Of a stretch of 64,000 bases of DNA, positions 51,673-63,100 are shown in pieces. Every line of letters begins with the position of its first letter. The stretch's first letter is position 1. Location: positions 4,896,001-4,960,000 of the forward strand of contig OY762428.1 in NCBI GenBank assembly GCA_963665665.1, read 5' to 3'. Below the pieces are notes generated by a model, which was not told the origin of the DNA, ran no database searches, and saw nothing but the letters and a program-made list of their open reading frames with translations. The DNA is from Candidatus Kapaibacterium sp. (GTDB taxonomy: Bacteria > Bacteroidota > Ignavibacteria > Kapaibacteriales > UBA2268). Position numbers and translations under genes: made by a program.

Positions 51673-53793
51673 ATGATAAAGAAAGTCATTCAGAGCGAAG
51701 CGAAGAATCCGGTATCGCAAACGGGCTTTATTTCCTTATGGATTCTTCCGTTGATTCGCTCCATCAGAATGATTCTAAAAAACGTTAATAGTATTCATAC
51801 AAAACCGTTTGTTTTCAACTCCATTGGAAATCAAATTAGTTACTGTACACCAAAATTGTATTCTTCATTTTTTTCAGCTTTAATCGTTATTACATTTACT
51901 CCATTCAATTTATTATCCCAACAGCCCGATACGCTTAGCAAAACCACAGATGAGATTAACGTAAGCGCTGACAAACCGGTAAGCTCTCCTGCTATGAAAT
52001 ATAACTCCCTTGTCAATATTGATACGGAAACAATAGAGCGCAAAGCTCCGCTGCAGGTGAATGAAATCCTGGAGCAGATACCCGGCCTGCATATCAAAAA
52101 TTACGGGGGGCTGGGAGGATTGAAAACTATTTCTTTGCGCGGAACTTCATCACGTCAAAGCCTTGTACTTCTGAATGGTATGAAACTGAATTCATCGCAG
52201 AACGGCAGCCTTGATTTAAGCTCGCTGCCGGTTATATTAATTGAAAGTATTGAAGTAATGAAAGGCGGAGGCTCTTCGCTTTTCGGTAGTTCTGCTATGG
52301 GAGGCGCAGTTAATATTCAGTCGGGCAATATCACAGACAACTTTTTACTACTTAATATCAGCGCGGCATCTTTCAGACAGTACTATTTTGGCATTAAAAA
52401 GGGCTGGGATTCCGACAATTATTCAACCGGAATATTGGCGGAATATGTGAACGGAAAGGGTAATTATCCTTTCATCATTAACGAATACGGCAAGGAAACT
52501 GAGCTAATTAGAAAAAACGGGGATTTCAGCAATCTGTCACTTGGTTCGACTTTCAATTATAAAAATACCGGAACATCAATAAACGCTTTGCTGCTGTTCC
52601 GGGATAGCAAACGAGGCGTTCCGGGCGCTGTAATCCCTGGAAACGCTATCCTTTCTGATTCAAGAATGACAGAACAGGAAGTATTGTTCAATACAAACAT
52701 AAAAAATGATATTGGAAACGGAGTATGGTCCGAATTATCAGCATTAACACGATTAAATGAAATGCAATACTGCGATCCGTCGCAACTTCAATACGATCCG
52801 GTGACCGGACTTGACAACCTGTTTACAAACAGGGAAGTATTAATTAAACCCGGGCTATATTATATCGGGGATTCTTTCCGTATAGACCTGAATTTGGAAG
52901 GCTCCTACTCGGATTTGCGCGGAGATATGCTCCAGGAAAACACCGGCAACATGGTTTCAAGGCGCTCGTTTGCCATTGCCTCCGGTTTCGAGAATTATTT
53001 CATTGATGATTCTGCTCAGGCACTGTCATTTCAAACCAGTGTCAGGTTCGACGCCGTCAGCGATGCGGGAAATGCTTTCTCGCCAACAGCCGGGTTGATC
53101 TATTCTTGGAAAACAATTCCTGTTAATTTCAGGGCTGCTTTTTCCGGCAGTTTCCGCGCCCCGAGTTTTAATGAAATGTATTACCTGAACTTCGGAAATG
53201 ACGATTTGAAACCGGAAAAGTCAAATTCCTTCAACTTTGGAGTTGATATTGTTCCGTTTGAATTTATCCAAATCAGCTCGGATGCTTTCCTGATAACAAC
53301 AAAGGACAGGATTATTTCAATTCCGATCAGCCCTATCCAGTGGAGTTCAAAAAACCTCGGAGAGACAAGATCAATTGGATTTGAAGTGAGTTCTTCAATA
53401 GATATTATGGATATGCTGAATATAAATCTTTCATATACCAGGCAGGAAGCCACAAACGAAACCGACGGCGACAGAGACAAAGGGAAAATACTGGTTTATA
53501 CCCCGCAGGAATTACTGGCGATAAGGCCGGAATTCAATGTATTTGATATTACAATTATCGGAGAAATAAACTACACCGGATTTACATATTTCCAGACTGA
53601 TAATTCAATAAATTCACTTATTCATTCCTATACCCTGGTAAATATATCTGTAAATTATGATTTTCAACTTCTGGGAATGAATACTTCGCTTAAGTTATTA
53701 GCTGACAATATTTTTAACAAACAGTATTCTGTAATTGCAAATTATCCCATGCCTGGCAGGTTATTCAGGCTGGCGATGGGATTTAAGATATAG
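51673..53793 (+). CDS. btuB: TonB-dependent cobalamin receptor (start uncertain)
   Basis: Plug YGGLGGLKTISLRG...LVLLNG, FRAPSFNEMYY..GN.DLKPE, C-terminal YPMPGR; under a B12 riboswitch. Confidence 0.85.
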   Translation: MIKKVIQSEAKNPVSQTGFISLWILPLIRSIRMILKNVNSIHTKPFVFNSIGNQISYCTPKLYSSFFSALIVITFTPFNLLSQQPDTLSKTTDEINVSADKPVSSPAMKYNSLVNIDTETIERKAPLQVNEILEQIPGLHIKNYGGLGGLKTISLRGTSSRQSLVLLNGMKLNSSQNGSLDLSSLPVILIESIEVMKGGGSSLFGSSAMGGAVNIQSGNITDNFLLLNISAASFRQYYFGIKKGWDSDNYSTGILAEYVNGKGNYPFIINEYGKETELIRKNGDFSNLSLGSTFNYKNTGTSINALLLFRDSKRGVPGAVIPGNAILSDSRMTEQEVLFNTNIKNDIGNGVWSELSALTRLNEMQYCDPSQLQYDPVTGLDNLFTNREVLIKPGLYYIGDSFRIDLNLEGSYSDLRGDMLQENTGNMVSRRSFAIASGFENYFIDDSAQALSFQTSVRFDAVSDAGNAFSPTAGLIYSWKTIPVNFRAAFSGSFRAPSFNEMYYLNFGNDDLKPEKSNSFNFGVDIVPFEFIQISSDAFLITTKDRIISIPISPIQWSSKNLGETRSIGFEVSSSIDIMDMLNINLSYTRQEATNETDGDRDKGKILVYTPQELLAIRPEFNVFDITIIGEINYTGFTYFQTDNSINSLIHSYTLVNISVNYDFQLLGMNTSLKLLADNIFNKQYSVIANYPMPGRLFRLAMGFKI
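51685..51773. repeat. 89-bp GTCATTC...GAATGA palindromic element inside the btuB 5' ORF
   Basis: GTCATTCAGAGCGAAGCGAAGAATCC...GGATTCTTC...TCAGAATGAT. Confidence 0.8.
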
Positions 53794-53802
53794 AGGTGTA
53801 AA

Positions 53803-54687
53803 ATGAAGATTTTAATAAATATATTTCTGATTTTTCTTCTTTCCAATGTTTTAATGGCGAATCAGCCCAGGCCTCTGGATTCGCTTGTATCGTATAATTG
53901 GGGAGAGGGACAGAATTTTGGGCAGGACGAAGAATATTTTCCTGAAAATGTTCTCGGGATGCCTGATACGACTGCGAGCGAACAGAAAGCCTGCAATCTG
54001 CCGGAGCAGGTATGCTCTTTGGGAGTGGGGGGGGAGATTGTCCTGGCTCTGAAAAATTTCACTATCAAAGACAACTCCGGGCCTGATTTCATTGTATTCG
54101 AGAACGCTTTCCTTAATCCTGTAACCAATAAAGTATTTGCCGAACCCGGAATCGTTTCCGTAAGCAAAGACGGTATTAACTTTGTTGAATTCCCCTGGGA
54201 TACTGCAACACTGATTGGTTGCGCCGGCCTTGAGCCAACTCTCGGAAGTAAAGTTTATTCTGATTTTTTGAACAGCGGCGGTGATAAATTCGACCTTGAG
54301 GACATTGGCATTGATGAGATTAAATATATCAAAATAAAAGACAATACCGAATTTCTGAAAAACCATCCGGAGCACAAATATTACGACCCGATATTGACGG
54401 GTTTTGACCTTGATGCTATTGTGGCATTGAATTACCGCCCGGATATTTCCGATGTTGAGGATAGAAATCAAACAGATATAGCAGTCTATTCGAAAAATAA
54501 CCGGATTATTATTGAAAATAAACAGGAATGCAGGGTTGCGATATACAACGTAACAGGCATGATGATCTCTGAATCAGATATTCAATCAGGAATTTCTTAT
54601 ATCAGTAGCGAACTTGCAACCGGAGCCTACTTTATTGTTTTTCAAACCGGCGCTGCTATATTCACCCGGAAAGTTCTGGTTTATTGA
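53803..54687 (+). CDS. BtuH-like cell-surface protein with T9SS C-terminal domain
   Basis: SLGVGGEIV...GPDFIVFENAF...EPGIVSVSKDG...GGDKFDL...GFDLDA; IYNVTG...GAYFI...TRKVLV. Confidence 0.65.
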   Translation: MKILINIFLIFLLSNVLMANQPRPLDSLVSYNWGEGQNFGQDEEYFPENVLGMPDTTASEQKACNLPEQVCSLGVGGEIVLALKNFTIKDNSGPDFIVFENAFLNPVTNKVFAEPGIVSVSKDGINFVEFPWDTATLIGCAGLEPTLGSKVYSDFLNSGGDKFDLEDIGIDEIKYIKIKDNTEFLKNHPEHKYYDPILTGFDLDAIVALNYRPDISDVEDRNQTDIAVYSKNNRIIIENKQECRVAIYNVTGMMISESDIQSGISYISSELATGAYFIVFQTGAAIFTRKVLVY

Positions 54688-54788
54688 TATGAAGATAATT
54701 GCTGATAACATGGTAAAATATTCGTCGAAAAAGAAGTGTTGCTTTCTTAGGCAGGAACTTAGGAAAGAGAGCATGAATTTTCAATTCT

Positions 54789-54877
54789 GTCATTCTGAAC
54801 GAAGTGAAGAATCCATTCTTCAAAAACATCTGAAAAGAAAGATGGATTCTTCAGTCACTTCGCTCCATCAGAATGAC
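54789..54877. repeat. 89-bp GTCATTC...GAATGAC palindromic element
   Basis: GTCATTCTGAACGAAGTGAAGAATCC...GGATTCTTC...TCAGAATGAC. Confidence 0.85.
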
Positions 54878-54937
54878 ATCTGCGGTAAGTATTCTTCCCT
54901 CATGGGTAAAGCCTTTCTTTTTTTTGAACTCCTTGGA

Positions 54938-56017
54938 ATGACAATAAAAAATTGGAAAACCGGAATTTTTATTTCAATTCTGCTCAGCCTCGCACTGGCC
55001 TCATGTGTACAAGAGCCCACGGATCCTGCGGCAACGGATCAGAATATATATGACAACGCCATGGTATTGTGCGAGGGTATGTGGTATCATAATAATGCCA
55101 GTATTACAAAAATCGACCGTGAAAATTCTGAGATAGTAAACCATTTCTATTCCGCATCAAACAGCGGGCTGAATCTTGGTGACCTGGGAAACAGTTTCGT
55201 TAAATACGGCGATACTGTTTTTGTAGCGGTTACAACATCCAAAACAATTGAAGCTTTCCGTATTTCAGACGGGGCGCACGTTGGCAGGATAGAGTTCAGC
55301 GGGCATAATGCGCCTCGTGATATTTGCCTTGGCCCTGAATTTGGTTATGTTACAGATCTTTACGGCCACAGCATTCACCAGTTTGATCCCAAAAAAATTG
55401 AATATATCAAAACTGTTAAAACCGGCGGCCCTGCCCCTGAGGGATGTGTCTATGCCAATGGTATGATTATTACTGCCAATTCGGGATACGGCGATTACCT
55501 CGCGGAGGAACCCGGTGCCGGAACGATAAGCATATTTGATGACCACCTGAACCTGCGGGATATATTATTTGTAGGGCCAAATGTTGTTGAACTTGCTTAC
55601 AATACCCGAACATATAAACTTTACGCAATGTATTATAATACTCCGTCAGCCAGGGAAAAAGGCGAAAAGGGCGGTATTGTTGAATATAATATCGGCAGCA
55701 TGGAAAAGCTGCGCGAATGGACAGTTGACGCCACTTCCATGGCATTCAGCGCAGGAGGGGATTCGCTGCTGTTTATTTCAGATAAAAATGCGGGGTTTAT
55801 TGATCTGGTCAGCAACAGCGAAGTTAAAATATTAATTGAGAACCCGGATGAAAACGAGAACTGGTATTCCGTTCACCATTCTCCGACAGGCGATTTCTGG
55901 GTTTGCAATGCACTGAACCACCAGCGGGACGGCATTCTTCATATTTATTCTATAGATAAGGTATTGAAGGAATCAATTAACACCGGAGTAAATCCGAGAC
56001 GAGTAATTTTTTATTAG
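54938..56017 (+). CDS. BtuG-like beta-propeller lipoprotein
   Basis: Lipobox LASC; CEG....NASIT...LGDLGNS...APRDI...GYVTDLY; an in-frame upstream ATG also exists at 54689. Confidence 0.75.
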   Translation: MTIKNWKTGIFISILLSLALASCVQEPTDPAATDQNIYDNAMVLCEGMWYHNNASITKIDRENSEIVNHFYSASNSGLNLGDLGNSFVKYGDTVFVAVTTSKTIEAFRISDGAHVGRIEFSGHNAPRDICLGPEFGYVTDLYGHSIHQFDPKKIEYIKTVKTGGPAPEGCVYANGMIITANSGYGDYLAEEPGAGTISIFDDHLNLRDILFVGPNVVELAYNTRTYKLYAMYYNTPSAREKGEKGGIVEYNIGSMEKLREWTVDATSMAFSAGGDSLLFISDKNAGFIDLVSNSEVKILIENPDENENWYSVHHSPTGDFWVCNALNHQRDGILHIYSIDKVLKESINTGVNPRRVIFY

Positions 56018-56022
56018 TGGTG

Positions 56023-56355
56023 TTATCTTAATAGAACTTCAGGTATATTAATTTCAATTCCGGTTTTCAAAATTTCATTTGCCAAAGGGTTTCCGGAATT
56101 AAATTCAAATTTAGTAAACGGGTGCGGTTCAATCCTGATATCCACTTCCCTTCGTAACTTCATAAGTTGCATCTGTAATTCAAATATATTTTCAATATTA
56201 TCAAAAATTATTGCAATATCAATATCGCTGCTCTCGGTTTCAATACCTTTAGAATACGAACCAAATATATAGGCCTCCCTGATTTGCAAATTATCGGAAA
56301 CTTTGCTTATATAAGAGTCCGCAATTTTCAATATTGACTTTTTAACCATTGCCAT
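56023..56355 (-). CDS. Minimal nucleotidyltransferase (MNT antitoxin-like)
   Basis: YIFGSYSKG...SDIDIAII...RIEPHP. Confidence 0.85.
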   Translation of the reverse strand: MAMVKKSILKIADSYISKVSDNLQIREAYIFGSYSKGIETESSDIDIAIIFDNIENIFELQMQLMKLRREVDIRIEPHPFTKFEFNSGNPLANEILKTGIEINIPEVLLR

Positions 56356-56585
56356 AATATTTTAACTTTCTTCCTGTATATTTCTAATATACGAAATAAT
56401 CTGATATTGAGGTAAATATTTAAATATCAACAATATTTACATCCTTCTCTGATTGTATCAGGTATTAAATATTACTGTATAGTATTCATTATAGATTTAT
56501 TCTCTCTTTACCAAGTTGTACCTGGTAATGTAGTTTTCCTATGATTCTGTGCTTAAAAATCCCAAATCGTAACTTTGCGATTCAC

Positions 56586-56621
56586 AAAAAAGCAGGGAAC
56601 ATGAATATTTGTTCCCTGCTA
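56586..56621 (-). terminator. Intrinsic terminator downstream of the Cys-rich peptide gene
   Basis: On the minus strand AGCAGGGAACA...TGTTCCCTGCTTTTTT. Confidence 0.75.
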
Positions 56622-56714
56622 AATCTCTAAATTTTATCGGATGATTCATTATAAATATTATAAAGAAAAGTTGCTTATGTAAAAATCATCTACTCAAAAT
56701 AAAAATAATTTACA

Positions 56715-57017
56715 TTATGAAGCACTGTTTCCCGTGTCGCATGCCGTTCCATAAGTTGAACCATCACCGCAACCCAAAAAGCCTGCTGCGCTGAAACCAG
56801 TATTACAATATCCGGAGTTGGGACTACTGCCAGGATCGCAACGACTCAAAGAGACAAAACCGCCTGTTTCACAATATCCGCCGGCAGAGTTCCCAATATC
56901 ACAGGCGTCTGAAGCTCCGCCCGAACTTGCTGCAGAACCGGTAGAACAATATCCAATTGCCGTTTCAGAATCAAAGCTGCGAAGTTTAGGCGCCGAGTAG
57001 GATAGTATTTTTCTTAT
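56715..57017 (-). CDS. Putative RiPP precursor: YxxPxL leader + seven CxxG repeats
   Basis: GGAG SD 5 nt before an ATA codon at 57017; YSAPKL leader; Gly/Ser-rich core. Confidence 0.6.
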   Translation of the reverse strand: MRKILSYSAPKLRSFDSETAIGYCSTGSAASSGGASDACDIGNSAGGYCETGGFVSLSRCDPGSSPNSGYCNTGFSAAGFLGCGDGSTYGTACDTGNSAS

Positions 57018-57176
57018 AAATACTCCATTATTTATTACTAAAACCAATGTATTATAAACAATAATCTGCAATTAAATTTTACTTAATTATGCATAAGCTT
57101 CATAAACCAGATAGTCTTTATCCCTATTTTTCAGATATACCTTTTATCTTGTGTTAAAAATATATTATTTGATATA

Positions 57177-60100
57177 TTAGAAAGCCATTGCTTTCTTTAT
57201 TTCAGCCAGGAACTGTTCCAGAACTAATGGCTTGTCAATTCTTCCAACGAAACCATAGTCCTGATAATTTGAAACTACCGGTTTGTCAAAATGCCCGCTG
57301 AATACTAATGCCCTGACATTATGATCAATTTTCCTTAGTTGCCTGAGTACATCAAGGCCATCAACGTTATACCCGATCAAAGTAAGATCCAGAATAACCA
57401 GGTCGTATTTTCTGCTGTCAAGAGAATTTTGATATTCCTCGACAAGTAATTCCGGATCAGAAAATCCAGTTATTGAAATATTATATTCAAGAAACAGATC
57501 TTCAATATTTTCAAGAATTTCCCTATTATCATCAAGCATCAGGATGGTAACTAAATTTTTGAATTTAAAATTCTTAGAATCTTTTAAAATGTTGTCTTTT
57601 TCAGGAACATTGACAGGTAAAAAGATTGAAAATGTAGTTCCATTGCCAGGTGTTGAATAGACCTTAATTTCACCATTATGTTTTTTGATAATATTATATA
57701 CTGTTGCTAATCCGAGTCCGTGCCCGCCTTCTTTTGTTGTAAAAAACGGCGTAAAAATTTCATTTATTTTATCGGAGGGAATACCAATACCTGTATCTTC
57801 AATATCAATTTGTATGCTATTGCCGTTCAATAACTGATCTTTTCCTTCGTTGATGAGAGACCTGATATAGATATTTCCACCTTTGGGCATAGCCTGGCTG
57901 GCATTAAGTAATAGATTGGTCAGTACCTCATTTATCCTCTTGGCATCAAGAAGTATTTTTGGAATATCATTATAAAGTTCAAATTTCGGTACTATACTTG
58001 TTCCTGTTAATGCCATTTCTGTAGCCTCCAGGATAATTGAATTAATATCAACTGGCTCAAGAACAGGCTGGTCGGTTTTGGAGAATGTCTGGAACCTTGT
58101 TGCAAGTGCTGATGCCTGATCAATAGCTCTGATTATCTTTGCAAGGTGTTTTTCAGACTTTTCAGGCCTGGCTTTTGCGATTTCGGCGCTCAATGCCATT
58201 GCAGTCAGTATGTTTTTAAAGTTATGTGCTATCCCGCCAGCTATTACACCGAGTGATTCCATTTTCGATATTCTTTGGAGTTCTTCTTCATGACGCTTCT
58301 GGTTCAACACCGAATTGAGCATGGGAGAAATATAACTACAGATATCCTCCAAAAAATTCAGATGTTTATCATCAAAACCATTCTTGATGTCAGCAACACC
58401 TATCTGGCCGATCAATTTTTCCCTATAAATTATGGGTACTGCTAAAGCATTCCTTAGCTGAACGTGTCCATCCGGTAGTGATAATCCTTCATTTTGGAAA
58501 ATGCTTTTTTTCGTTTTCAAACTTTCTCCCCAAATTCCACCCCAAACTTCAATTGGAAATTCAATTGATTTGTCAGACATCCGGCATTTATCCCAGATAT
58601 CGGAAGTCATTGACGGGCAAATAAGACTTTGCTGCTCGGTTATATAGCCAAAGTATCCGAATTTACAGTTTAGAAAATCTAAAACAATTTTCAGGATCTT
58701 GTTGAAGACCATTTCTTCTGATCTCAGTACGAATGCATTAGAAATTTTATTTTTGAGAAGGATTTCATCTCTGGATCGTCTGATTTCTTCTTCAGCTTTT
58801 ATGCGGTCGCTAATATCCTGAACAGTACCAACAATATTTGTAATATTTCCTTTATCATCCTGTACGGGCTTACCTATGATATGGAGAGTTTTCTGTTTAC
58901 CAGAAGGCATCACTGCCATTAAGTCCAGATCATAGTCCCTGGCATTCTGTAACGCTTCGATAACGGCAGTTTCCAATCTCTTTGCATCTTCTTCAGTATG
59001 CAATTTCATAATTTCCTCATAGCCCGGAACATCAAGTTCTGGCTCACGCTCGTATATTCTGAAAACTTCATCAGACCAGTAGGAACGCTGCTCTGCCACG
59101 ACCCAATCTACATGACCAAGTTTACCAATTTTTTCGGCTCGCTGAAGTTTCTGTTCTCTTTCCTGCAGCGCATCCTGTGTTTTTTTCAAATCTGTAATAT
59201 CCGTAGAGAAAACAATTATTCCTATAATATTCTCATTTTCATCTTTTACCGGAACTTTATCGGTTAGAAGCCATTTGACAGAACCATCAGACGTAGGAAG
59301 CTGCTCAATATATCCCATTTTGGGAACGCCGCTTTCCAATACTTCTTTATCGTCCTCATAATATTGATCAGCCATGGTGGGGTAAATCTCTGCTGATGGC
59401 TTTCCTTCGATCTCTTCCTTTGGAAGATTGGTCATCTTGGCTACTGTATCGGTGATTTTAATAATATTGTTTTCTGTATCTTTATAAATAATAAAAGATG
59501 GGTCATTGTCTAATAGTATTTTCTGATCGCTGAGCAATTTTTTCATTTTGCTTTCTGCATTCTTGCTATCAGTAATATCTCTGGAAATTACAACTGTTCT
59601 TTTTTCATCTTCAGAATACTGATAAACTCTTCCTTTCGACTCAATATACCTATATGAGCCATCCTTATGTAAGAATCTCCAGACATCTTCACTTACACCT
59701 GAATTATTTGTAAGTTTCTCATATTTTTTTAAACTCGCTTCAAGATCTTCAGGGTGTATTAAATCACTTACCGGCTTTCCTAATAAATCATCAGGTTCAT
59801 ATCCTAATACTTCTTTGTAATTTTGGCTAAGATAGGTATAATTTCCATTTATATCAATTTCACAGATTAAATCATTAATATTATCAACCAGCAGTCTATA
59901 TTGTTGTTCACTTTCTTTCAGCTTTTCTTCTGCTTTTTTTCTTTCGGTAATATCCATAATGATTGAATGTAGCATATCTTTTCCTGCGTATTTCACATTA
60001 GATGAATAGACAGACACATCTCTGACGGAACCATCTGAAAGTTTGTGCTTAAACTCCATATTTTTGATGTCCCTTTTTCTTACCTTTTGTAGTTCCTTAT

Positions 60101-63100
60101 CAATCTCTACCTTGGAAAGTGTATTGATTTCAGAAATTTTCATTTTACGAAGTTCTGTCTGTGACCAGCCATAATATTCAGCAGCCGCTTCATTTGCGTC
60201 CACAATCCGGCCATCATCAGGATCAATCAGCAGTTTTACTGCACTATGTTTTTGGAATAAATTTCGAAATAATGTTTCACTTTCAATCAGCCGTGCTTGA
60301 ACTTTATTTTTCTCAGTAATATCATCTACAATAGCAAGACCAAGGGTAGGATTGCCTTCGGAATCGCGAATAGAACCTGCATGGAGCAGAACATCGATCA
60401 AGCTGCCGTCTTTTCTTATATATTTTTTTTGGATCTCAAATCTATTATTCATACCCTCAGTCATTTTATTGAACTTAGAGCGATTAGTAGTGTGATAATC
60501 AGGATGGGTAATATCAAAGAATGATAAATCAGATAATTCTTCTTTTGTGTAGCCCAGCATATTTTCATAAGCAGGATTTGTAAGTATGAAATTTCCTTCT
60601 AAATCATTGATACATATTCCAAGTGGAGAATTATCGATTAGCAGACGCAGTTTTTCTTCACTTTCTCGAATAATATTTTCCGCTTTTTTTCTTTCAGTTA
60701 TATCATGAATTACTCCGGAAACTTTGCTGGGATCACCCTTTTCGTCTTTTTCTAAAATTGCAATTGAGTGGACTATTCTGGACTCACCTTTAGTTTTGGT
60801 AATTATCTCAAATTCAAGATTATAAGGTTTATCCTTTTCTATCAAATCCATCAAGGCACGATGCACATTTTCTCTTTCCGGAATACATTCTTCTACTTCA
60901 TCTGTAGTAAAATTCTTTGCTCCGGGATCGAATCCATAGATTTTTTTTGCTTCATCAGACCCCCAGAAATGTGTGGTTTTCAGGTTGTATTCCCAATTTC
61001 CAACATGTCCAATCTCCTGAGCTGTTCTATAGCGTTGTTCATTTATTTTAATTTCTTCCTGTATTTTTCTGCGAGCAGTAATATCTTTTACAAAACCCAG
61101 AAAAAGAATATCAGAAAGCTTAACAGCATCTATTTCCCAGAAACGGTTCTTACCCGATTTAGTAACATAACCTATTTCAGCCTGGGCAAATCCCTCTGCC
61201 TTAACTTTTTTGAAATGCTGGATTCCTTTTTCTATCTCGGACTTCTGTAACAGATCGGGAATATATTTTTGAAGTAGTTCTTGTTCAGTATATCCCGTAA
61301 TATCGCAGGCGGCTTTGTTCACTTCAAGATATTTGCCGTTTTCATTGGCGATAAAAATTCCATCTGGAGCATTATCTATATAAGAACGGAATTTAGCTTC
61401 ACTTTCCCGAATTTTATCTTCAGCTTCTTTTCTTTCCGAAATATCAGTCAGTGACCCAACAATCGATATAACATTTCCATTTTCTGAAACCGGAGATTCT
61501 CTAACTTCCACAATGATCTTTTTACCATCTTTCCTTAGCATTTCAAGCTCATAAGTAGGTTGTCGCTTACCAGTTGATAATGCATTTTCCGTGAATTTTA
61601 TTGCTTTATCATTTATTGGATTATCAGTAATGAAATCTTTCCATTTCTGCATAACTTCTTCTGGTTCATATCCAAGTAGTTCTTTAACCTGCGGACTGAT
61701 GAAGGTTAATTCTCCAGCTGCATTGTGTATATAAAAAAGATTGGTGCTGTTTTCAATTATGTTTTTAAGTTTTGTTTCACTTTTCTTTAGTGCTTCTTCT
61801 GCTTTTTTTCTTTCTGTTATATTAATAAAATTAATGATGAAGTAATCGTCGATAAGCGGAAAAGCAGTTACTTCCAGAATTCTATCATATACATCAAAAT
61901 GCCGTTCGTAATTAATTGTTTTCGAGTCAGATATGACGTTACCGTATAAGTCCACCATCTGTTTTAAAGTTGCCTCATCAATAAGTTCAGATGCTTTTTT
62001 ACCTCTTAAGAGATCCAGATCAACCCCTGTATGAGCTTTTACTGATTCATTTAACTGTATGTGTATAAAATCTTCAAACTCATTTTTATCATTTTTTATC
62101 ATCTGGCAAATTGCGATGCCAAATGGTGATTTTTCATAAAGATTTCTAAATTTTTCTTCACTGGTTTTAATTTGTGCTTCCGCTTTCTTTTTTTCTGTAA
62201 TATCTGTACCTACAGCTGTTACAATTCCATTTTTATCTGCTTTTGTTCCAAACCAGGCAATCCATTTATATGTGCCATCTTTACATAAATAGCGATTTTC
62301 AAAGGAAACAACTTCCTTTCCTTTGATCTGCTCATCTTTTTCCTCTGCTGATTCATGCCGATCATCGGGATGAATCAATTCCATAAAGGGCGTTGAAGTA
62401 AATTCTTCAACTGAGTAACCTAAAAATTTTGTTACTGCTTTATTCGCTTCAATAAAATGCCCTGATTGTAAATCTGCTTTTGCTATGATACTCGGTGATA
62501 GATCAAACGTATTTTGCAGCCTCTCCTGGCTAAGTCTGAGTTTTTCTTCTGCTTGCTTCCGATCTGTAATATCTATCCATTGGCAAATCACATTTATCAA
62601 TTCACCATCGGCATTCTGAATTGGAAACAATGATACATCAATCCAGAAAGTTGCAGCCTCTTCAAGGCTTTCAACTTCTGATTTTTCACCTGACCATTCA
62701 ACTTCAAATCTTGCGGGTTCAAAATCTGTAATTACCTTTTTTATTTTTTCCTTTATATCGGGCTTGCTAAGGTTTTTATCATCAAATACATTGTACTTCC
62801 CAACAATTTGTTCATCACTCAGTTTTAATGTATCCCTTAACGCTTTATTAGTTCTTAAAACAGTTCCTTTTGCGTCCGCAATCCACATAGCAAATGGACT
62901 ATACTCCATTGAATTATTAAGAAATGTAGTATGTTTCTTGATCTCCTGTTCCGCTTTCTTACGATCGGTAATATCTGTCATGGTTCCAACCATTCTGACT
63001 GGATTTTTTTCAGAATCCCATTCCATGACTTTACCTTTGCCTTTCACCCATATCCAATTGCCGTCGCCAGTTCTTAAACGGTGGTCCATCTCCCAAAATT

